NCBI GenBank assembly: GCA_017456625.1
Contig: JAFTJB010000054.1
Span: forward strand, 1 to 59,538
Source: Clostridia bacterium
GTDB lineage: Bacteria; Bacillota; Clostridia; Oscillospirales; CAG-272
Direction of reading: 5' to 3'
DNA: 59,538 nucleotides
In this document: positions 53,505 to 59,538 of the stretch, in pieces
Numbering within the stretch: the first letter of the stretch is position 1
How the letters are laid out: each line of letters begins with the position of its first letter
Notes under the pieces: model-generated
The model's input: the letters and a program-made list of their open reading frames with translations, nothing else
Databases searched by the model: none
What the model was told of the DNA's origin: nothing
Translations under genes and position numbers: made by a program

Positions 53505-54305
53505 TTAAAACCAAAACGTGTCACCGTCGTGCGCGATGGCAACGGGGTAGGGGAAGTCCTTGCAGGTCTCAAGGAGTGCCGCCTCGCCGCGCTCCACGTT
53601 CCAGCGGTCACGGACGAGATTGTGCCAGCGGTCGCCGATATGAATGAAGATGAGACGGTCGAATTTCGATTTCATAAAGTACGCGGTAGAGTCCTCGGGC
53701 TTGTAGTGGGTCGCCTCGCACAGACAAACGTCAAAATGCTGCTCCATGGCGATCTTCGGGAAATCCGAAAAGTCTCGGCAGAGGTCTCCCGTGTGCAGAA
53801 CGGTCAGATTTTCTCTTTTGAAATAGAGAACGTAGGCAAAGCTGCAGGGATCTCCCTCTGTACGCCCCTTGGTGCGCAGATGCGCTGTGCGGATCGCGCT
53901 GACCTTGATGTTTTCGTCCTCATAGACGTCTCCGTCGTCGGTTGCCTTGTATTCCAGGAGCGGATTATGCGCGTTCTCGTGTACGGCAAGGAACCAACCC
54001 TGAAGCGCGGGGATCGCGTTTGCCTCGGGAAGATGGAGGGTGAATGGGAACTCACGTCCTGCGGGGTATTTGATGATCTGCTTCATCAGCCCCGTCAGTC
54101 CGCCTGCGTGATCGTCGTGCATATGCGTGACGAATGCGGCGCGGACGTTCTTGATCTCAAAGCCCTTTCGGCGGATGAGTGCCTCTACGGGGGCGCCTGC
54201 GTCGATCAGATAGAGCTTACCGTCCTCACACTCATAGAGCGTGGAGGAATTGAAGCGGCTGAAGGTGGAGTTACCATGACCCGTGCCTAATGTATGGATC
54301 TTCAT
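53505..54305 (-). CDS. MBL-fold metallo-hydrolase (paralogue of 41238..41981)
   Basis: MKIHTLGTGHG, LIDAGAP, THMHDDHAGG. Confidence 0.8.
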   Translation of the reverse strand: MKIHTLGTGHGNSTFSRFNSSTLYECEDGKLYLIDAGAPVEALIRRKGFEIKNVRAAFVTHMHDDHAGGLTGLMKQIIKYPAGREFPFTLHLPEANAIPALQGWFLAVHENAHNPLLEYKATDDGDVYEDENIKVSAIRTAHLRTKGRTEGDPCSFAYVLYFKRENLTVLHTGDLCRDFSDFPKIAMEQHFDVCLCEATHYKPEDSTAYFMKSKFDRLIFIHIGDRWHNLVRDRWNVERGEAALLETCKDFPYPVAIAHDGDTFWF

Positions 54306-54337
54306 AGTGTATACCTCTAAAAAATATTCTTTAAATC

Positions 54338-54366
54338 AGTATATCATAAAAACGCGGGCAAGTAAA
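54338..54366 (-). promoter_or_regulatory. Extended -10 promoter for the five-gene minus-strand operon
   Basis: Minus strand: TTTACT, 17-nt spacer, TGaTATACT. Confidence 0.5.
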
Positions 54367-54409
54367 GGCTTCAAAGGGATTTTTTACAATTTTCTTCCTA
54401 AAATAGTAT

Positions 54410-54442
54410 ATAAAGAGGAGCCCTCTCGGTTGAGAGGACTCC
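54410..54442 (-). terminator. Terminator after the secreted metallophosphoesterase gene
   Basis: Minus strand: ggagtcctctc-aacc-gagagggctcc (one mismatch) followed by T-rich sequence. Confidence 0.6.
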
Positions 54443-54459
54443 GTGAATTTGAAATAAGA

Positions 54460-57400
54460 TTATTTCGTGATCGCGATGGAAACTTCCTGGAGAACAGGGT
54501 TGGACATATTCAAGCCGCCGTTGCCGTCGTTGGGCTTGAGCATGAAGACGATCAGAACGTCCTTATCCGTATTGTTGGTGTAGGACTTCTTCCAGTTTGC
54601 TTTTCCTGCGGTCGTGTAGTCGGTGTAGAAATCACCCGTGTTGCTTCCTGCGACAGGAGTCAGCGTGGTGTAAGCCACCATCAATGCGCTGGAACTGCCA
54701 TTGGTCATTGTGACGTTGGCAGGGCAGGTAACGGTGATGGTCTCGCCTGCCTTGACTGTGAAGACATTCGAGGTCAGACGGGTAGGCTTGGTTACCGTGT
54801 GGCTCTCTCCCGCCCAATCGGACATGGAGCCGTTATAGGAGCCGTTGATCCAATCGTTTGCAACGTTCTTGTAACCTTCGTTAGCGGTGTACATTGCACG
54901 GTAGGTGTTTGCCTCGGAGACAAATACCTTTGCGGTTGCGGTGGTCGCAACGGTCGTGCCGGTCTTATCGACCCAGTGAGAGAAGGTGTGACCGGAGATC
55001 TCGATCGCCGTGAGCGTGATCTCGGTATCAAGCTCTACGGTTGCGTAGCTCTTGCCGTCGGTGGTACCGTTGTGGACTCTGACGGTAGTGGTGTCAAAGT
55101 TCTTGGAGTCAATATCGAGAGAAGTGGAGGTGCCAATGTTATCACCGTAGCCGTATATCAGATCACCACCTGCACCGAAGCGGGTGAGATAGATCATCTG
55201 GGACTTGGTATCGACTTGAATGAAGCTAAAGCTCTGCTCCATGATGCTACCGGGAGCCATCTTATAGCTGGTTGCGGAGTTGGAGTTGCCGAATGCGTCA
55301 CAGTTGAGAGAGACGATGCGAATCTTGTTGCCTGCGCTATCCTTTGCGATAACGTTGCGGTCCTCGTGTACGTGACCGTTGATCCAGATCGCGATCTCAG
55401 CATCAGCCTCGCCCTGAAGCGCGAGGATCTTCTTAACAACCTCGTAGTCCTTATCGGTGTACTCGTTTGCATTGCCCTCGGAGGAGCAGAAGATACCGTG
55501 CGTGATAAGAACAACGGTCCAATCCGCATCAAGCTCCTTGATGCGCTCGGATGCCCATGCAAGACTGGAGTCGACGTATCCGTCCTCGATCATGCCGTGC
55601 TGGCTACCTGCAAAGTAGAACTGTACGTAACGAACCTTGTTAGCGGTGTCGTCGTAGTAGCTCTTGCTAGGGTCACCGGGAACGGTCGTACCGAATTTCT
55701 CGACACGCTTCATGTAGAGATCGTATGCCTCCTGCTCGGTGAGACGGAGCGCAACGTCGGGGCAGTTGGAGGAGCCGTTACGGTCGTGGTTGCCGAGCGT
55801 GGTGAAGATCTTGAGCTGCTCACCGACCTCGGCGTAGTTTTCGAATGCGTTGTAGAATGCATTGATCTCATGATCGATCGCGTTCTGCTTGACTGCGTTA
55901 TAGCGTCTGATGATGTCACCGCCGAAGATTACGTTGTGCGTGCCAACCTTCTCGGCGATGTAGGTAACGAGTGCGGGAGAATAGCCTGCGTTGTCGGGCC
56001 AGTGGCTATCTGCGAGATAGAAGAACTCGGAGAGCCCCTCGGTGCCGAGCGTCTCACGGTTTGCCTCGATCTTTGCAATACCGTCGGTCAGCTCTGCCTG
56101 CCAGTAGGTGCCCGCGGCAATATCGGTCTCGTCGTCAATAAGGGTGATGACGAAGCCGAGGATCGTATCTGCGTGATTTGCAACGGTAATGGGATTGGTG
56201 GCAGCGTGGTTGGCGGACTTGACGGTTATCATCATCAAGGTGTCCTCGATTGCCGTATAGGAGAAGGAGTGGTTCTTCCAATCGAGTGCCTGGACGGTGT
56301 ATCCGGAAATGATGTCGGTCTCCTCGGGGGTCTTTGCGGTCAGGATCATGGGACAAGCCGAGAAAGCGCATCCGCCGGAGCAGGGATTGGTGCTATCATT
56401 GGTATCCTTGGCAAAGGGACAATCCTCGGGATCGGAGAATTCCGGAGGCATTACGATCTGGAAGGTCGAGCCTGCGGGAATGAGGATCGGAGTCTTGAAG
56501 GATACGCGTCCGGTATCCGTGGTGGGGTTCCAGGAGGTGAGCTTGCCGTGGATACCGCCCTGCTCCCACATTGTAATGTCGTTGTAAACGCGCGTTCCGA
56601 CAACGTCGCCGAAGCCGAGCTCGTAATATGCCTTGTAGGTGGTCTCACCGGTAACGGTGACGGTGGAGGTGCGCTCGGTACCGACAACGGTGCCGCTTGC
56701 ATCCTTCCAGTGCTTGAATACAAAGCCATTGGGACCCTTTGCCGCCTTGAGCGTGAGTTGGGAGCCGACGAGCGCGTCAATGGAGGTCTCACCGTCGGCA
56801 GTCGCACCGTTCTTCACGCTGACGGATACGAGAGAGCCGTATACGGGGGTGAGGGTGATGTTCTCATTGCCTGTGACGGTGTAGGTGAGGGCTGCGGTGG
56901 AGCCGACCTTTGCGCCGTTTGCCATCCACGCGGAGAAGGGCTTGCCATCGGGATCCTGTGCGGGAGCGGACAGGGCGATGGTGTCATCCTTGAGGTAGAA
57001 GCCCGCGTTCGTTCCGTCGGGAAGCGTGGTGCCGTTGACGGTTACGTAGAGGAAGTCTGCGGTCGCGGGGCGATCAGCCTTGTAATCAAAATATTTCTGA
57101 GCGGCGGTACCGTATTCGAGCATCTCGCCAAGGAGAAGCTGAAGATCGGTATCGGTGGTTGCGTCATTGCCGATGTAGCCGAGCTTGGTGTAAGCGTATT
57201 CCAAAACGCTGAACTTTACGAGGTCACTGTAATGGGCCTCGCCACCCTTCTCTGCGTAAACGCGGACGTAGAGATCGTCCGTCATCTGCTTTGCGGTGAG
57301 ATCGGTGTAATAAAAGCGGAGCGTGTCGGCATCTACCGTGTAAGGGGTGAGTGCGACACTCTCGGTGCCTGCGATATAAGCAGTCTGTGGCGCAGTCCAA

Positions 57401-57600
57401 ACGAGAAGTTTGACGTTTGCTGCTTCAACGTTTTCATAATAAACGTCAAAAACGGGCTGTACGTTGTCCTTGAGCGAGAGATTCTTGCTCTCAATGCCAA
57501 GAACGGGGGCAGCGTTGCTGTTGGTAGCAAATACTGCCGCAGGGATGCTGACCATCAGAACGGTGGCGAGCAACAGCGAAATCAATAAGCGCTTTCTCAT
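54460..57600 (-). CDS. Large secreted protein: calcineurin-like metallophosphoesterase core flanked by B-repeat-like (InlB/Listeria-Bacteroides type) modules
   Basis: Signal peptide MRKRLLISLLLATVLMVSIPAAVFA. Phosphoesterase motifs: LADSHW, FGGDI, LGNHDR, LITHG, NGHVHED. Repeats: GFVFKHWKDASGTVVG...YKAYY, GHTFSHWVDKTGTTVA...YRAMY, GKPFSAWMANGAKVG. Confidence 0.8.
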   Translation of the reverse strand: MRKRLLISLLLATVLMVSIPAAVFATNSNAAPVLGIESKNLSLKDNVQPVFDVYYENVEAANVKLLVWTAPQTAYIAGTESVALTPYTVDADTLRFYYTDLTAKQMTDDLYVRVYAEKGGEAHYSDLVKFSVLEYAYTKLGYIGNDATTDTDLQLLLGEMLEYGTAAQKYFDYKADRPATADFLYVTVNGTTLPDGTNAGFYLKDDTIALSAPAQDPDGKPFSAWMANGAKVGSTAALTYTVTGNENITLTPVYGSLVSVSVKNGATADGETSIDALVGSQLTLKAAKGPNGFVFKHWKDASGTVVGTERTSTVTVTGETTYKAYYELGFGDVVGTRVYNDITMWEQGGIHGKLTSWNPTTDTGRVSFKTPILIPAGSTFQIVMPPEFSDPEDCPFAKDTNDSTNPCSGGCAFSACPMILTAKTPEETDIISGYTVQALDWKNHSFSYTAIEDTLMMITVKSANHAATNPITVANHADTILGFVITLIDDETDIAAGTYWQAELTDGIAKIEANRETLGTEGLSEFFYLADSHWPDNAGYSPALVTYIAEKVGTHNVIFGGDIIRRYNAVKQNAIDHEINAFYNAFENYAEVGEQLKIFTTLGNHDRNGSSNCPDVALRLTEQEAYDLYMKRVEKFGTTVPGDPSKSYYDDTANKVRYVQFYFAGSQHGMIEDGYVDSSLAWASERIKELDADWTVVLITHGIFCSSEGNANEYTDKDYEVVKKILALQGEADAEIAIWINGHVHEDRNVIAKDSAGNKIRIVSLNCDAFGNSNSATSYKMAPGSIMEQSFSFIQVDTKSQMIYLTRFGAGGDLIYGYGDNIGTSTSLDIDSKNFDTTTVRVHNGTTDGKSYATVELDTEITLTAIEISGHTFSHWVDKTGTTVATTATAKVFVSEANTYRAMYTANEGYKNVANDWINGSYNGSMSDWAGESHTVTKPTRLTSNVFTVKAGETITVTCPANVTMTNGSSSALMVAYTTLTPVAGSNTGDFYTDYTTAGKANWKKSYTNNTDKDVLIVFMLKPNDGNGGLNMSNPVLQEVSIAITK

Positions 57601-57628
57601 CTGTGTTCTCCTTTTTTTGTTTTGTTTT

Positions 57629-57799
57629 TTACAGCATGGGCTCGAGAAGGTCGGGATCGTCCGGTGCGACGGGAATGCTCGGAACGGGAGGGACCGTTGT
57701 TATGGGGGGATTGTCGGGTTGGAGCGATGAAGCGGTCAGGACGTCCGCGGAGGACAACTTGATAACTTCAACCGTTGTGGGGGTATAGTGCTTTTTCAT
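57629..57799 (-). CDS. Micro-ORF family member 3 (56 aa), unknown function
   Basis: Not in the ORF track. AAGGAAGGA SD. Peptide: MKKHYTPTTVEVIKLSSADVLTASSLQPDNPPITTVPPVPSIPVAPDDPDLLEPML. Its stop is 28 nt upstream of ATG 57600. Confidence 0.5.
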   Translation of the reverse strand: MKKHYTPTTVEVIKLSSADVLTASSLQPDNPPITTVPPVPSIPVAPDDPDLLEPML

Positions 57800-57839
57800 T
57801 TCATCCTTCCTTTCTTAGTGTATTATTCGATCCGATTTT

Positions 57840-57869
57840 ATTATATCATAAATCGAAAATGCTTGTAAA
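57840..57869 (-). promoter_or_regulatory. Extended -10 promoter for micro-ORF 3 and the metallophosphoesterase gene
   Basis: Minus strand: TTTACA, 18-nt spacer, TGaTATAAT. Confidence 0.55.
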
Positions 57870-58030
57870 TGGGCGATTTGGTCATTTACACGGATAAAAT
57901 GGATAATTTAGCTATTTTTTATATTTTTAAATGCGTGCGTTTTTGCCAAATCAACCGTCGAATTGCAAAAGGAGACGGATAATCTATCCTTTGCATATTA
58001 TATAGGGGGGTCCGTTGCTCTGTAAAGAAT

Positions 58031-58064
58031 GAAAAAAACGGTCCCCCTTGAAAAAGGACCGTTT
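58031..58064 (-). terminator. Rho-independent terminator after the DUF4363-like gene
   Basis: Minus strand: aaacggtcc-(11-nt loop)-ggaccgttt followed by ttttttt. Confidence 0.75.
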
Positions 58065-58068
58065 CTGT

Positions 58069-58413
58069 TTATTCCAATCGCTTCATATCCTTGACCGTAT
58101 CGTAAAGAAGTGCGCGTGCGGCGCGAAAGCCGTAGAGGTCTCCGCACTCGGCGGAAGTGACCAGCAATGCAGCTTGCTCGCTCATATAGTCTACGATTGG
58201 ATAACTGACCGAGAGACCGACCAGCGGGGCGGCGTCTTCCCAAAATGCCGAGAGCTCCCGTGCTGCCTCTGCGCAGCCTGCATCTCGTGCATCGGGAAGC
58301 GTGTCAAGACGCGCGGTCAGCTCGGTTGCTATCCTTTTAATATATAAGGCGTTACACAGGATCGCAGCGATCATTAAAACGAAGAGCACAAGAGTCAAAA
58401 AAAAGGATCTCAT
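58069..58413 (-). CDS. DUF4363-like small membrane-anchored protein
   Basis: AGGAGG SD, ATG 58413 (MRSFFLTLVLFVLMIAAIL). ATGA overlap with the upstream gene. This pairing with a DUF421 gene is typical of spore-forming Firmicutes. Confidence 0.6.
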   Translation of the reverse strand: MRSFFLTLVLFVLMIAAILCNALYIKRIATELTARLDTLPDARDAGCAEAARELSAFWEDAAPLVGLSVSYPIVDYMSEQAALLVTSAECGDLYGFRAARALLYDTVKDMKRLE

Positions 58414-59087
58414 GCCGTTTCCTCCTTTGGAATTACGTAGAGCTTTCCGTTGGCATCCGCGGTGATACAAAAGACGTGAGATTCTTCGATGCCTTGTTGT
58501 TTCATCTCCTCTCGTAGCCAGCTTTCGTTCTTGCCAATGAGAGAGAGTCCTGTTTGACTAATCGCACCGTTGTTATATACAATGTGCATCAAGGCGGTCG
58601 GCGGTAGAGAGAGATTTAGGTCGGCGGCGGTGGGGGGCGCGTAGGCAGACTTGGGGAGAAGCGTGAGCTTGCCGTTTTTTTCCACGATGGCGCAATCGAT
58701 CTGTTCGAGGGAGGTGTAGCCCTGTTGGCGCAGCTCGCTTACCAACTCGTCCATAGAGATCCGCAATGCGCGCAATGCTGCTTGACGCAGTTCTCCCTTT
58801 TCGATGATCACGGTCGGTCGCGCCGAGACGAGAAACTTGAGCCTTGGAAAGCGAATGAGGACGACCGAGGAGGTCACCTCCAAAAACAACAATGTTACCA
58901 TGGGGATGATCGCGTAGGAGATCGGGAGCTCCTGATTGGTGATGGGGAGAGAGGCGATCTCGGAGAGCAGGAGTGTGGTGACGAGATCCGTGATCTCCAA
59001 TTCTCCGATCTGGCGCTTGCCCATCAGCCGAAGAATCAGAAACAGAATGAGATAGATGAATAGCGTGCGAAAAAGGATGGTTTGCAT
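58410..59087 (-). CDS. DUF421 (YetF-like) membrane protein
   Basis: MQTILFRTLFIYLILFLILRLMGKRQIGELEITDLV... is the characteristic YetF/DUF421 N-terminus. Confidence 0.7.
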   Translation of the reverse strand: MQTILFRTLFIYLILFLILRLMGKRQIGELEITDLVTTLLLSEIASLPITNQELPISYAIIPMVTLLFLEVTSSVVLIRFPRLKFLVSARPTVIIEKGELRQAALRALRISMDELVSELRQQGYTSLEQIDCAIVEKNGKLTLLPKSAYAPPTAADLNLSLPPTALMHIVYNNGAISQTGLSLIGKNESWLREEMKQQGIEESHVFCITADANGKLYVIPKEETA

Positions 59088-59171
59088 AGCGTTCTCTCCA
59101 TGGTGTTTTTATTTAGTATCGGGAGGAAAAAGTAAAATATACAAAAAAGTAAATTTTTTTCAAAAAAGGGG

Positions 59172-59200
59172 TTGACAAATGAGATGAGAAGTGATAGAAT
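59172..59200 (+). promoter_or_regulatory. rRNA operon promoter P1
   Basis: TTGACA (59172-59177), 17-nt spacer, TAGAAT (59195-59200), preceded by A/T tracts. Confidence 0.65.
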
Positions 59201-59282
59201 AGGCAAGCTGTCCAAAAGCGGATGGCTTTTGCGCGGATCAAAAAAATGTCGAAAAAATTTTTAAAGAAATTTAAAAAAGTAC

Positions 59283-59311
59283 TTGACAAGAGATTTGAAA
59301 AGTGCTATAAT
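59283..59311 (+). promoter_or_regulatory. rRNA operon promoter P2
   Basis: TTGACA (59283-59288), 17-nt spacer, TATAAT (59306-59311). An UP-like A/T-rich block lies at 59241-59280. Confidence 0.7.
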
Positions 59312-59517
59312 AAGAAAGTCGGCCGCAAGAAGGCGGGCGAAAATGATCCTTGAAAATTGAACAACAAGAGAGAAGTACAAAGCATACGTTCTGAGAAGAA
59401 CGAGTATGTGCGAACGAACTCAATTCAAAAGAGAATACTACTCAAACAAAAGTAAAAGAAGCTAAGAGAAAAACTCGAAAGCAAGATTAGATCACCGCAT
59501 TGTGTTTTAATAGAGAT

Positions 59518-59538
59518 GATTTCGAGAGTTTGATCCTG
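59518..59538 (+). rRNA. rrs: 16S rRNA gene, extreme 5' end (runs off the window)
   Basis: The window ends in gAGAGTTTGATCCTG, the universal 16S 5' (27F primer) sequence. The start position is estimated by alignment to the E. coli 5' end. Confidence 0.8.

Noticed and set aside
1-59538. A prophage, integrative element or known defence system (restriction-modification, CRISPR-Cas, toxin-antitoxin, retron, CBASS-like).
   Set aside because: No integrase, recombinase, transposase, methyltransferase, reverse transcriptase, cyclase or Cas-like motif was seen in any of the six frames. Only the small AT-rich islet at 27190..28030 and the operon at 42023..44407 remain as weak candidates, and both are reported as findings.

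Overview
This is a 59.5-kb chromosomal window from a moderately GC-rich Firmicutes/Clostridia-type genome. That placement is an inference from gene content: split transketolase, type III glutamine synthetase, PcrA, a DUF421/DUF4363-like pair, and Gram-positive style SD sites and TTGACA/TATAAT promoters. I call about 45 protein genes, one tRNA-Arg(CCG), and tandem rRNA promoters with the first ~21 nt of a 16S gene at the right edge. I saw no transposase, integrase, phage gene or CRISPR array. Housekeeping blocks: malic enzyme; maf-mreB-CPBP-PBP2-yqeG; glnN; a PAP2/flippase-like/pssA/psd lipid operon; an endonuclease-IV-like gene with pcrA. Glycan-utilisation genes: GH78 rhamnosidase with an AraC regulator, a GH127-like gene, a GH78-like gene, a CE15-like esterase and a PHP protein. 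The most unusual content: (1) A tandem array of three paralogous secreted SGNH-esterase proteins at 4177..16447. Two are giants with more than 17-22 degenerate GG[IVL]xG beta-helix-type repeats. (2) A conserved micro-ORF family of 51-57 aa that I cannot place. One member sits just upstream of each of three >1000-aa secreted enzymes (3952, 9521 and 57799); one of those enzymes is a non-homologous metallophosphoesterase. (3) A dispersed, orientation-specific ~62-nt stem-loop-plus-tail repeat. All four copies lie 13-25 nt after a stop codon. (4) A tRNA-Arg whose 3' end is one arm of a 29-bp perfect palindrome, next to an AT-rich orphan gene. (5) Two tight operons of mostly unassignable genes: HD / membrane / small / nuclease-like at 42023..44407, and MBL / PMI-ROK fusion / two membrane proteins / M20 peptidase at 48729..54305. 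All functional calls rest on motifs read by eye in the translations. No database search was possible.
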